Numbered from the stretch's first letter, positions 49,421-63,442 are shown. The stretch is 64,000 nucleotides of DNA from Cirrosporium novae-zelandiae (GCA_026023565.1 JAPETS010000005.1:744001-808000); one strand, 5' to 3'. Notes: generated by a model from the letters alone, not told the origin. Program-made: numbers and translations.

Positions 49421-51572
49421 ATGGATCCTATTATGCCTTCTTCTGTTCAAAAGCGCTCAGTAAGAGCCTGTACAAGCTGCAAACAGTCCAAGGTGAGTGA
49501 GCTTGGAAGGCTCACCGTCAGTTGCTATCCCATTCGCTTACTGTCGATCATTCAGGTACGATGCAATGCGAAGGATTCCTTCCCCAAGCCATGTTCGAGA
49601 TGTCTCTCGAGAGGCTCCAATTGTATCATCGATGCGTCATTTAAGAGGATTCGCACCAGGCAGTTCGTCCATCGGTTAATTAGGATCTCATGGGCAAGAG
49701 GCTAATGCCTACCATGTATAGCCGACTGGAGGAGGTAGAAAGCCAATTGCTTGAGATACAACAGACTATTGGAACACATGATCACAATAACGAATTGGAT
49801 TCCGAGTCTCGCTCCCAAATAGCCGGTAATGCATCTGATAGCGCTGCAATAAGAAGCCTATTGGGCCCTCAGTCTACTGAGGCTCAACCGACCTTTGGAC
49901 TGGATAATGCTATCCTGGATGGTCCTCAGATTCAACCTGCAAGCTTGGGGGGAATAGAACTTAGCAGCGTCTCAATTACCAAGCTGTTTGACCAGTTCGT
50001 ATAGGTGTCACATCACTTAAGAGTCGCACCTAATCGATCCCAGTTTTACCAAGAACCTTCTTCCTTACTTGCAGATACTTGATACCAACATACCTATAGC
50101 CGTAATACAGAAGTCTCACTCGCTTCTTTTTTGGACTATAATACTCATTTCCAGTCGTTACCACCCTAGCGAGTCTCATATTTTCTCGGAGCTCATAACG
50201 CCGTATCAAGAACTGCTCAGCAAGTTCTTGATCAAGAGCCCACTGTCTCTGTTTTCAATCCAAGCTATTCTCTTTATTTGTACTTGGCCTCTTCCCGTTC
50301 GTTATCAAGCATGCGATCCCAGCTGGAGTTACTGCGGCTTGGCAATCAATGCTGCTCTTCAGCAAGGGTTGGATTCCGATCACAATTCAACCGAAGCTTC
50401 AAATCTATCACCACGCGACTTGAATATCCGGACGAGGACTTGGCTAGGCTGTTTCTTTGTTAGCACAATGTGAGTTCTAATCCATGAGACATTCTTTACA
50501 CATTGATAATAGGTACAGATGGAGTGTGAATATGGGCCTTCCTCCCTTATTGCGGACGCTATCCGATTTGAATAAAATTGCATCACTAGTTCGAGATCCA
50601 AGTATTCCGAACGAATTGGCTATGCAAATAGAAATCCAATACTCCGTTGCACGTTATACAACAATTCTAATAGACAGCCAAGACTTGCTTATCCGAAACC
50701 CTCTGATACAGTTGTTTGATCAAGAACTAGACGATTTACGTCACAAGTTCTCCGATACTTGGGATAAAAGAGCTGAATATAATCTACTAGCGGCGAAATT
50801 GAATCTGTATACCCTTGCTTGTGTCAGAGAAGCTCGGAGATCCGATAAGACAGCACTACAGCTAAATGGTAATTATTTTATGGAACCAACATTACAAATA
50901 ACCCGCTATTCGGGACTTGCAAGTGCTGTCCGCATAATAGCATTGTTCCCTGAATTCTTAAAGGAGTCGGATTTGCCTTCCAATAATAGTGGAAAGCCAC
51001 AAAATCTTTCCTGCCACCCAAAAAGTTTCTTTCGGTCACTTCTCTTTGCAACATTCTTCCTGTTGACTTATTTCGCATTCAATTCGACAGTTCATGAATC
51101 AGAGAAGGATCTAGCCCGAAACCACATAAGACTTGCGTACGACAGTTTAGTCAGTTGTTCAATTGACCCTCTCGATGAATCTGGAAGGGCGGCAAAAGTT
51201 ATTGAAGTGCTTGCAGGTCACCCCTCGTCGAATTGCAAGACTGTAGAACTGAAGATCAGAAGCCGTCTGGGGGCATCAATTGTCTATGATGGAATCAGAC
51301 GTGCACGGGAAATCCGCCAAAGCGCATCTAATGTAATCCGGGAAAATGATATCCAAGCTCAACCGTCTGCTAGCACACTGACCGAGGATAACATAGCCTT
51401 GACATCTGCTTTTGATAAATCAGATACCTTATTTATTCCACAGACGGCTGATACTGAAGGCATTGATATCTGGTTATCAAATGCTGGTCTTTCAGGGGGC
51501 GCATTGGATGACCTGGATATGGAATTTTTGGAATCCTTATCAGACTTTACCGCTAATGGCCCTACCTTATAG
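49421..51572 (+). CDS. Zn(II)2Cys6 transcription factor (Sef1/Leu3-like cluster)
   Basis: ACTSCKQSK|VRC...PCSRCLSRGSNC across an intron, then a coiled coil and a fungal TF domain. Four introns join ORFs 49421, 49690, 50069 and 50484. Confidence 0.88.
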
Positions 51573-51911
51573 CCATACATCTAGATCTAGGGTGTCGTTT
51601 AAGTTCTAGATCTCAGGGCTAGCTTACATAGCATTTTAGGAAATATTCTGGATCGAGTTAACCAGGTTTTAATGCATGTGGTCCATTCTTCTATCCTCTC
51701 GAAACTTTTATATCCCTCAACTGCCATTAGCCTGATAGATACCACACGAACACTATTCAAACGAAATTTCAAGGACATGTACATTTTAAACCGACAGACC
51801 CTTCAGGCCCCAAACTATGTGCAAATGAATGTGGCAAATCTACCCTCAAGAAGGTAAAACTTGGCATAGAAGTGTACCATTCGTATTTTCCCCAGTACAT
51901 AACCTTAGCCA

Positions 51912-54056
51912 TCAACTACTAGTCTCTTCGGTGATATTCTTTAGGGTTCGAATGAGCTGTTCTGGGAGAACTAGGTTTGCGAGCGGATTATACTTTTGGG
52001 ACCCATGCACATCATCTTCGAGATATCCTCCAGAAGGGACTACTTTGCCATTCCTTTTCCTAGGAATTGTTGCTTTGAAAGCCAGAGCCTTGTCGAAGAA
52101 TCCGCACCAGATGATCTCCGCTTCAGGAAGATCATAGAGCCCCGAGATCACTGCGGAATTCAAGAGAGCAGAATCTTTAACAGTGTTGTATATGCTAATG
52201 GAGGTGAACATCACGTCTAGGGTGATTTCAAATGGCCCTGCATTCTTGGAGCGAATGACAGAAGCTATATCGCGCAGTGTACTAGTCTTTGACCAGTCCA
52301 GTGGTCCGGGACTTGCATAGGGTGGTGGCTGATATTTCGGTGCCGCAAAGCTGTCTGGTGGTACTTTCCGATTAATTTGTTCCGCAGGAGGTCTCTGAGA
52401 CGCTTTGCCACTGATCAGAACTTTGTTCCAGCTGAAGAGTGGATCCTTCTTTTTCGATCCATCTGTATCGTAGGAGCCTGTTTCCGGTTGCCCAGGAATA
52501 ATTTCTGCTGCTTCTTCCTCCCCATCCTCAAGGTCCATGACGTGGTAAATGGAGAACTCTGTGCAAGGACCAGCCTCTATGTCCATCATCCCACCAATAC
52601 CGAACGCAAAATTTCCGCTGGTTGCCTTTTGACCTTTGTAAGGCCCATGCTGTGGTTATAAAACCGAATTAGGAATTTTCTTGCCTAACAATAAGGAGGT
52701 TAGAACTTACAATGCAAGCAATTCGTGCAATGGAAGCTACGCTGGCTGCTAGACTTTGCGTGGAGGCCAGAGCTTCGCCAACGAGAAAGATACTTTCTGG
52801 CATCGATTTGTCCTTTGGCTGTTGTGGCCTCGCAGATGGTTTCCCATACACATGAAAGCCAATTTCCCATTTCCCTGAGGCGTTGGCATGCTGCTGGGTA
52901 ACATATTCCTTGACACGACCAAGAAAATTGTCAATTTGACCAATAAGAATCGGGTCGGTCATAGAGCCAATGAACATGGATCGATAGCCAGTTATTTTCC
53001 CCCCTTCAAGTTTCACCGTGTATTTGGAACCATTGTCACGAGAGAATGCAAACACGCCTCCCCGGACTTGCACTGTTCTGCCATCCTGAAGCTGTTCATA
53101 GCTTGATTTTGTCAGATCAAGGTTTCCGCCTGGTCCGGGCAAGATATCTGGACGGGTCTTTTCATAGAGTGAATGCGCAGCGACGCTCAGCGGAGTGCAT
53201 CTGGCTGTCGGGTTTAATGGCTTGATATTAAAAGTTCCGTCGCTGAAGATGGTTGCCACAGCTCCAGAGCTCTTCGGTTCTGCACATACGCCTCCACACT
53301 CCATGATCTTTCCCATGTGAGTGAAACCACCAAGAGCCTTGTCGTGGCGCATCTTCGTCAGTGCATTTACGGGGCCAAATGCTGTAAAAGTAGCATAAGC
53401 CACATATGGTGCCGGATCATAGGCTCTTCCACCGATGACGATATCAAAGTCTGGGACCGCAGACATTGCACTCAAAAAGGGCTCAGGGCCCATTTGTGCC
53501 ACTATCGTTGGTGACTCCTCGATGTCTATTGCTTTTAGTGCTGGGACAGCTGGGCCACACCCCCTTATCCCGCCTGCCTTTAGTCGTTCATAGACAACTG
53601 ATTTTGAGACTTCAGAATAGATTGCGAGGAGTTTGAAATTGTATGAACTATGATATTTTATTAGACATAATGCTTGCTAAATGCCGTCATTAATTATGCT
53701 TGCCTATTTTCCGGTTCTTCAGCGATCTCCCGTACTATCTGAATTATGTTTTCCGTGTGAGCATTACTTCCATCACCACCAGCTGAACTTATTAGCAACG
53801 GGATCTTGTATTTATGAGCTGATGTAAGAAGTTTTCTTAAATCCCTCTGGAATGAAGCACGAGGTAGGCTTGAACTGCCTAGAGCTAGTTTTGATGGCCC
53901 GCCATCCGTTGAACCAGAGTCAAGAATAAGAGCAGTAGGGGCATGGTTTGGAAGAAGTTCTTCGATGGCCGCATTTGTTTCATGCTCATCTAGACCATAT
54001 CCAAGCATGCCGATTGGCGTAACGATTTGGCATACTGGTTTCATTTGTTGATCCAT
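51912..54056 (-). CDS. AtuA-like DUF1446 plus C-terminal DUF4387 protein
   Basis: Exons 54056-53704, 53647-52711, 52649-51912. TPIGMLGYG, DSGSTDGGP, AQMGPEPF, GRAYDPA, HMGKIMECGG and RSKNAGPFEITLD motifs. Confidence 0.88.
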
Positions 54057-54915
54057 GGGCCCTCGGCTGACAGTCAGAATGCGAAGGCTAGGGGTAAATA
54101 ACTTCGACTTAAAGACGAAAGGAATATGAATAAGATATAAATAAGGCAGAGATTTAGAACAAGGAACTGTTGCTATGAATGTTCCTTTGAAGTTCAAGGA
54201 CTGGGCTTTTTATAATAGATTGTGCAATATTAGGAAATGATGCAACTCGAGCGAACTTCGCTCCAATATGCGATATGCGCATTTGAACGCAATTGGCTAC
54301 GGAAAACTTGAATCAAGATCCTAATTACGACACTCGGGCTAAATAGCCAATAAGCAATTTCCTTGGACTGAGCCGCAACTATCATACGAGTCGATAAGCG
54401 GAATATTCGGTCAAGGCTACTTGGGACGTCGATGTATGGGGTCTTATCTTTCTCGTCCCAAGGCACTTATAAACTGTAATTGAACGTCCATCTACTTTAC
54501 CATCTCGATCAGATCCCTATTAAAACTTTGGATGCAACAATAACATGATAGCCAAAAAAAAAACATTGACAAGCTTCTACCAGAGGTGGGATTTCTAAAT
54601 ATTGCGGGGTCAACCATGAAGTTGAAGTTAACCCGACTGTCCGAATGACCCGAACTTCGTGGGGTTACCTTGTAAAGCTGGGTTACAATGGCGACTTTCT
54701 TTGCTCACCTCGACAACGTTCACAGTTCAACCTTTCGGATAATTGCATGCATCAGTCCATGTACCGAGATGCTGATCCTATTGTGGGAGAATGGGCTTCA
54801 ACGATGCATAATTTGGGCCGGTGTTAGTGAGGGGAAGCGTCACCTTCACTGTTATATTAAGGATCAATGGTAGTTCTCAATTGTCATTTAGCATGTCATC
54901 CTCACTGTTCTCATC

Positions 54916-57696
54916 ATGCGTTTCTCTAAATATTCTCTGAGAATATTCCTCTTGCTACCAGTATGTGCGCGTTGCCAAAACCAAACTGACTGGACAGAAT
55001 ATGTCAATCCGTTTATTGGAACTTCTGGGACAGTCCCTGGGACGTCATACAATGGCGGAAATGTATTTCCAGGAGCAACACTGCCTTTTGGCGTGACCAA
55101 GGTTGGAATAGATACTACCGTGTTCAACCTCAGTATTGATGCAAATGCGGGCTACACTCCAGATGGGAATGTGACGGCAATTTCAATGCTCCATGAAAGT
55201 ACTAATTAGCTCCCTACGTTTTCTCAAGACTATGATACTGATTTGAGTCACTCAGGTGGAACCGGTGGATCTGTAAAATATGGTGTTGTAGCGCAGATGC
55301 CTCTATCATCTCTTGCCAACGTCAACGTTCTTGATAACCTAACTTACATGCAACCTCGAACGACAAACGATTCTGCGTCCATTGGATACTACAAGACAAG
55401 CCTACTGAATGGCGTCGTGGCAGAGATGTCAGCCAGTAGACATGCAGGGATTATGCAATATTCATATCCAAGTTCTGGTGGCAAATTTGTATTGGTCGAT
55501 GTTTCTCACTATCTACCAACAAGCAGCGGAGGTGCCTACGAGCAATTTTATAGCAATGGCCAGATAAATTTGGCAAAAAATGGACAGAAGTACACTGGAT
55601 ACGGCATATGGCGAGGCGGATGGAATGGTATGTTAGACTAAATTCCACAATATTTTCACATTATCGGGCTCTGAAGAGAATGTGAACTAAGAAGGGGAAG
55701 GACATTTAGGAACTTGGGAGAAAACGGAAGCGCTTATTGACCACTTCTTACCTTGATATTAGTTTCTTTGAGGCTAACTTGAGATAGCTGGACCTGATTA
55801 CCAAGTTTACTTTTGCGGTTCATTCGATACTCCACCCTCAAATGCAGACATTTTCTACGGTCCCTACACTGATCCGTATTGGCCAAACAATACAGGTGTT
55901 ACGCCTACCCGGGTAAACGGGAGCACGACAATAACCGGGGGCGCAACCGGATATGATTATGCGAACCGAATCGGAGTTTTGTTCGAATTTCCATCCAACA
56001 GCTCGACCGTCGTCTCCAAAGTTGGCGTCTCTTGGATTTCAGTCGACAAAGCATGCAGCTTCGTCCAAGAGGAAATCCCTTCTTGGGACTTGAATGACAC
56101 AGTTGCGGCTGCGAAAAGAGAATGGAATGAAGATGTATTTAATAAAGTTGCAGTATCTGATCTCAGTAACCGGACTAGGCTGGAAATGCTTTATTCCAGT
56201 CTACGCAACTCCCACATGCTTCCCTCAGACCGCACTGGTGAGAATCCAAATTGGGTCTCCAACGAGCCGTACTACGATGACTTCTATACTCTATGGGACA
56301 CCTTCCGTTGCCTCAACAGTTTGTATCTGCTAATCGAACCAGACAGGGCAGCCGGTATCATCAGGTCTTTGATCGATATCTGGAGACACGAGCGTTTTAT
56401 GCCCGATGGAAGAAGGCAAGGACCTCTAAATCCCTTGCTGTTGGAGAGAGACCGTACCTGACATTATTTTACCCCCCAGCTCAAACTACAACGGGCGCGT
56501 GCAAGGGGGCAGCAATGCGGACAACGTCCTCGCCGACGCATTCGTAAAGAACCTCCAACTGGGGATCAACTACACGGATGCCTATGCGGCCATGGTGACA
56601 GACGCAGAAGTCATCCCATACAACACCTTTGACCAGGACGACCTCACACAAAGCACCAAGGAAGGCCGCGGAGCTCTCAGCGACTGGCTCCAATACGGTT
56701 ACATCACCCCCAACTACGGACGCAGGTGAGCCACCACACGCCATTCACTCCCTCCCTCACTAACCCATTCCCTCCCCTCTCCAAAAAAGCATATCCAAAA
56801 CCGTCGAATACTCCCTAAACGACTTCGCCCTCTCCCAAGTCGCGCGCAACATATCCCCGCAAACCTACCCCACCTACCTCGCCCGCTCCCGCAACTGGCA
56901 GAACCTCTGGTCCCCCAACACCACCTCCCTAAACTACACGGGCTTCCTCGCCCCCCGCTACCCCAACGGCACCACCGTTCCAGACTACACCCCCCTGGAC
57001 TGCGGCGAATGCGAATGGAGCGCCCTAACCTACGAAGCCCTCCCCTGGGAATACACCTGGAGCATCCCCTTCGACATGGCCACGCTAATAACCCTAATGG
57101 GCGGGCCCAACACCACCGAATCCCGCCTCGACACCATGTTCATCCCGGGTCTCCGCACCACATCCGTAGGCTCCGGCGGCTCCAACGGAATCGGCACCAC
57201 GCTCTTTAACCCGGGTAACGAGCCTTCCTTCCTAACCCCCTTCCTCTACAACTACCTCCCACGCCGCCAACATAAATCCGTCCTCCGCGCCCGCCAGACA
57301 ATAAACACGTACTACACCACCTCGCCCTCCGGCCTTCCCGGAAACTCCGACGCCGGCGCCCTCGACTCCTGGCTCCTCTGGAATTTCCTCGGCTTGTATC
57401 CCGTCGTCACGCAACCAATCTACCTGCTCCTGAGTCCCTGGTTCAGCAATATCTCCATTGCCGTGCCGGGGGGGAATAATAATCTTAACGCCTCCTCTGC
57501 GAGGCTGAGAATCACGGCTGAGGGGTTGGGAGATGAGAGCTTTTATGTTCAGAGTGTGAGTGTTAATGGTGTGGCGTGGAATCGGAGTTGGATTGAACAT
57601 GAGGATATTGCTGGGGGGGGAGAGATTCATTTTGTCCTGGGGGGGGAACCGGTGGGGTGGGATGTTGGGATGGGGCCGCCGAGTCCGGGGACATGA
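54916..57696 (+). CDS. Secreted glycoside hydrolase family 92 (putative alpha-1,2-mannosidase)
   Basis: Exons 54916-55198, 55256-55627, 55788-56415, 56480-56725, 56790-57696. YVNPFIGT, HESGTGG, TLWDTFR, QGGSNAD, NPGNEP and PGNSDAGAL motifs. Confidence 0.95.
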
Positions 57697-58162
57697 TGCT
57701 GGTGGTGGTGGTGCGAGGTAGGTTGGGGATGGAATGAGGTGGAAAGAGGAGGGGCAGGGATTATTTGGAACTCTCTGCATGGCAAGTAAAGTAAGTAAAT
57801 AAATAAGGGAAACCCACATATACCTATTCAGTTTTTTTTTTTTGCATGATATATCATCATCGCATAGACAATTGAAACCCCCCCCCCCAAAAAAGTAGCT
57901 TAGAAGGTATCTATCTATACTCGAAATCATTTGGGATATAAGGATTTTGTTGTTAGAAAGAGAGGGAGAGAGAGGGAAAAAAAGAGAGAAAAGAAGTAAA
58001 TTAAAAAAGGGGGCTGTTATATTTTTCTTTTCTTTACTATCTAAGAAAGAAAAGCTTGTTAGGTTAGAGCCTAGATAGGTAATTAGAGTAAATTATGTCA
58101 TAACACTGGGGGAGGGGGAGGGGGAGAGTAATTAAAGTCAGTTCAAGTTGATTAGGGGGATG

Positions 58163-58191
58163 TGGATGGATGGATGGATGGATGGATGGAT
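58163..58191. repeat. (TGGA)n microsatellite in a low-complexity intergenic tract
   Basis: Directly visible. Confidence 0.9.
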
Positions 58192-58950
58192 AAGCCCTTT
58201 GTTCCTTTTTTTTTTTTTTTTGGTTTGGTTTGAGCTTAACTAGGTAAGTATCGTAAGTAAGTTGAGAAGAGTGTTGTTGGGTTTGTTTACTTGTTTGTTT
58301 GTTTGCTTGCCTCCCTACCTTCTAATAGTCATTCACCTACCTACGAGAGTCAATAATTAGTTGGGATATTGAAATGGGAATGGAAATGGAAGTATCCCAT
58401 ATTATATCTACTTATACTACTAGTACGGGTATAGGAGGTATGCATGTATGTACACAACCCAAGTCATCCGAAAGAAAAAAACAGAATCACGATTCAACAA
58501 GCATTTAAAATACATTTTTATCTTTATTTTCATGTTTCTAGTCTAGTTAATTATTCCATCTATTCTTCCTTTCATTCCATCCATTCATCCATGTGTATAT
58601 GTACGCCAAGCTCATGATATATGCAACAATAGTAACGACAACAGCAACAGTATTTGGGTATAAACGCATAAGAAAATATGAGTTCACCACATGAATGCAA
58701 AAGAAATTCAGTCATTAATTAACAAACATGCTGCTATAATCAATAAATCATGAATCTATCATGAATCCATCCATCCATCCCCCCCTCCCAAAAAAAAACT
58801 CCATTAACTGCGATCCATATATGCAATGAAAAAAAAACGTTAAAGGCTATAAAACAGATACTCCCATCTCTAAGTTTTCGGGGGCGCTATTCTTAGATCT
58901 TTCTTTTTTGTGATCAACGTTATGCATGCGTGCAGTATGCTCAAAACATC

Positions 58951-61695
58951 TCACTTCTGCCGATGCCTATTGATAAAAATCAATCCGAAATATGCAACCA
59001 CTCTATATATGGTACCGAGAACAAGAAGCATCCTAAAGGTTCAAAAGTTAGCCATACTCAATACCCAATTAAATAGCCCAACGGGAATTGGCTTTACTGG
59101 CACTACTCACCACATGTCCATCCCGAACTGCCCCAACGTAAATCCAAGCCCCTTCTCAGCCAGCTCCAACACATAAAGATACTTCAATGGCAACAGGTTT
59201 TCCGTGAAATACCCCTCGGTAAACCAAGTCCCCGGGCTGGCCCGCCACAGCCATGTCATATGCCACATTTTGACCTTGGAGAGCGGGGGCGCCACGCCGC
59301 CCAAGACGCCAATGACGAGGGAGGTCATTACAGCGAGAAGGGGCCCGTTTTCTCGGCGAACAATCATGGACACACATGAAGCGAGACCGTAGATGCAGTA
59401 AAAGTAGAGGAGGTTCGCGAGGAACATCGAATTGAAGCTCATTAGCGGAGTCGCGAGGATGCCGAAAAAGACGGTGAAATGGAGGGCGCTCAGAGCAATT
59501 CGGGGAATCGTGCTCACTACCTTCCCGATATAGTAGGCGGAGCGGCTATGTCCTGATGCTGCTTCACGCCAATATACCAACTTTTCTTCACCAAAGACTT
59601 TGACACCGGGAGCGGATGCTGCAAGCCCAATTGCGAGACCACCAAGGAGACCAATCTGAGGGACGGATTGGTAGTCGACAGCAGAAGAAAGAATAGTAAA
59701 TGGTGGAAGGTAGATGCCGTGGAAAAGTTGACCACTGGCTGCGAAGGCTGATAACCCGATGACCCCACCAGCGAGACCACCGACAATGATTTCGAAGAAA
59801 AAACCTGACGGATTCCGGACCTGTTGTACAATCGCGCGTTTCAAGCAGTAATATACTTGAGTATACCACCTGGCACCTCGATTCCGAATCGAGCGCTTTA
59901 GCACCTCCTCCTGTTCTGGTGTCGATTGTATTGAAATAGGACGGGCGGATTTAATCGAGATAGCTGAGGGGGGGCGTAGGGTTGTTTGGGTGGAGGTGAC
60001 ACTTAGGGAATTGTGCTCGGCTGCATCTTGATTGTAGCAATTCCATTCCTCAATGAGGAGTTGCACACCGTTGTCTTTCCACGCTTTATTAGAGGTATAT
60101 TGCTGCCCATTTCCGGTGATGATATCCATGATGGTGTCTGCAGGGTTGCTATTTGCCGGGAATGTGAAGCCTAATCGGTCAAAATATGCTAATGCCTCCC
60201 TGGTAGGACCAGCATAGAGCTGACGACCACTGCCTAGGAGGAGCAGGTTATCGAAGCCTATGAAAATTTGTTCACGAGGTTGATGAATGATAGCTACTGT
60301 GGTCACGCCTAGCCGGGATATCGCTTTCAGAAGACGCATTATGGAAGCCGCAGAGGTGGCATCGAGACCAGAAGTGGGTTCGTCGAGGAATAGAGCCATG
60401 GGCGCAGCAGCAAGCTCAATTCCAATCGAAACGCGTTTGCGCTGGCCGCCGGAGATGACTGGGCGGTTGGCGTCACCAACGCGGGAATGCTGGACATGCG
60501 ACAGTTGAAGACAAGAGATTAGGCTATCGACATGGGCTTGGATGTCACGATCTGCCCAGTCTGAAGGAAGACGTATGCGTGCCGAATGTAGGATATTTTC
60601 TCGGACAGTAAGTTCGGGAAGGACAATATCATCTTGGGGGACGTATCCAATAACCTTCTTATATTCTGAGATATCTTTGCGCACACCATTGACGCGGACA
60701 ATTCCTCCGGTATTTTTGGTTTTACCCATGAGGACGTTGAGAAAAGTAGTTTTACCAGCACCACTGCCGCCCATGATGGCCCAAAAGGAGCCGCTGACTA
60801 TGGAACCAGTGACACCAGACAAAATCTTCTTATGACCTTTCGCTTCAAAACTGAGTTCATCGAAGTCAAACGAGAGACCAACTTCTTTGGTTTTGATACA
60901 TCTCGATAAAGACCTTATAAAGTGTTGGAAATCTGGGTTTATATAATCGTCGGCCTCTACTTCTCGTTCTTTGACCTTGCTACCGTTTTGGTCTAATTTG
61001 ATATCATCAACATCCGCAGTAGGAAGTGTGGAGTAATGTACCCTTTTCCTAGATTTCCTCCAACGTGAAATAGCAAATCCGATCAACACAATAATAGTCA
61101 TAGCAACATCGATCGTAATCATGAATCCCAGTGGCAACCGTACGATCTGGCGACTACTCTTTGGTGGACAATACGCCGCATAAGAACAATTTAATGGTTG
61201 ATAGCTACCCATGGGGCAGAAAGTACTCTCTGGGCAGGGAAGCATTTGCTTTCCTCCTAGAGGACAATAAAATCCCATTTTGCATACGATAGGCTCAAGG
61301 CGACCCTGTTCAGGGCATGTAGCTTTGGTAAGACGGGCGCCTTGGCATGACTCTGCCGGAGGGCAATATTGAGGAGGTTGATCGTTGGTGCTATTCGGGC
61401 AATAGAACCCCAAGTTGCATGTGTCATTCCGGGCGAGCGCTACTGGGATAGCACCTTTCCTATAACAGCCTGTTGTGCTTGAATTTAAAGAGTATAAGAT
61501 CTCATCGGACTCCAAGGAGGACATATTAGCGCTTAACAGGGCGTTATATAGTGTCTTCTGTTTTGCATCATTTACACCGGATGATATGGCAGAAGGCGTT
61601 GCGGCTGGCACAATTGAAGATTGTAGGATTGTTTCGGAGGCGATATTATCTAACTTGAGCGAAGGGTCGCTGTTAACTATCGAAGGAGACGCCAT
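58951..61695 (-). CDS. ABCG half-transporter with N-terminal Cys-rich domain
   Basis: 862-aa ORF plus a short last exon ending at 58951. CxxGxYCP repeats, one TM, Walker A GGSGAGKT, ISGGQRKR, FLDEPTSG, IHQP and a C-terminal TMD. Confidence 0.93.
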
Positions 61696-62575
61696 TGTGC
61701 ACCTGGTGCTTTCGTTTGTTTGTGTTTTCTACTGTCCTTCGCTATTATTAATTAGCAACGTCTGTAGAACCAAGTCTGCACATACCTTTCAAGCTCTTTC
61801 GCAGATGCTCCGTGTTCACTGGACCATACACGTAAACCGATGAAGACTCGAGGAGAGGAGAATATAGGAAACAAGGAACTTGCAGACATGAAGCTGAAGA
61901 GGAAAAAAAAGTCATGGTAGCAGCTGCTGTCATGTAGTAGTGCATAAGAATTCCGAAGTTTGCTTCGGATACGCCGCAGCAGGAGGATCAACAGCCCTAG
62001 ATACAAAACTCTTATACTTCTCCACCTGAAGACAAAGTTCATCATTCTGCCATGAGACAAATAGAGAATCAGGATTGAATAAGGCCCATAACTGGGCCTA
62101 TAGTAAAGTAATCAATAGGGCATGAGTGAAGGTTTGGAGCCGTTGGAGGCTGAACAACAAGAAAACCAAGGATGGAAGAGATTAGTTTGATCCTTCCGGA
62201 ATCCTTCGGCCGACTTTGGTAGCAGACGCAGGAACTTGTCATGATTGCCAAACATTGTGGAGGATTGACGGCTGATTCAATGGGCGATGAATAGGTGATG
62301 GAAAGAGGCTATGATTTCAATAAGTTGGATGGAGAGGTAAGGCAGATCTGGACAGGTTAACACAGCAGGACCTGATCTTAGCGTTCAGGACGGACGAAAA
62401 GGCAATCTAAGCTTCAAAGTTAATTGGAATATTAATTCTTCATTAATTATTCATACTGGCGGAAAACTGTATCTAATAGAACCTTGACATTTCTATTCTG
62501 ACTAGCTAATTATCTGTCCCATCAAAGGACACTTGACCACTGGTACAATATCTTGCAGAACGCCCACGCCAGCTC

Positions 62576-63442
62576 CTACAAGTACGAAAGGTCACATTCT
62601 TCGCAGAGATAAAGGGCCCTCAAATCATTTCTCTTTTGTAAGCAGGCACCGCATTGTTCAACGCGGCCCGTTCTGGGCCAGGGGAGATTAAGAGGGTGAC
62701 CATGGATTTGATCACAGATATCAAGAGCAAGCTGAGGTCTGCGTCTCAAAAGATCTCGGCCGTCGCTGAGCTTCAACCAAGAAGACATGAATTCTTTACT
62801 GGTGGACTTTATGACATCGCGAAGACCGCGATCCGCATGTGGTGTCGAATCGTAGACCAGTTTGATTACACTGACTATGTAATCAGAGCACGTCTTGAAA
62901 TAAGGTTGTTTCGAGGCGCTTTCGAGACTGTCTATGAATTTCTCTTTGCTAAGTTCCTTCAGACGCCAAATACGGTATTTACCCCCGAGTGCATACATGT
63001 GCGCGTCGACTAGAGGAGCTATTACCATTGACTTTTCATCGGTGGCACCTTCCATGTTAATGGATATCTCGGGTATATCCAGCTTGGATTCGTAGTTCAA
63101 AGTGTATAGGAATATGATCATCTGCTCGACAAACGGCAAAAGATCGTCGTCGAGAACTATTACTCCCTCCTCTATTGGGTTAGAGCAAGCTCCATTGAGA
63201 ATAGTAGATTGCGAGCACACAACAACTCGGTGAACCCTCCATTCAGTGCTTTTGCATCTGATGGTGGAATCACAGAAATGAGAGTCCTTGAAAAGCCTAA
63301 TTGTTGACCAGTGTTATATTAGCATTGACTATCATGATTATATTTGGGCGCATTTGAAAGCTCACTTGAAAATGCCTTTGAGGACGCTCTTATGGTGTTG
63401 GCGGACTATTGCTACCAGCTCCTTACTGATGAAAATTGGCAT
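62576..63442 (-). CDS. BTB/POZ-domain protein
   Basis: A short first exon from ATG 63442 splices to LFKDSHFCDSTIRCKSTEWRVHRVVVCSQS...FLYTLNY...MYALGGKYRI; C-terminal CxxC...CxxC. Confidence 0.85.
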
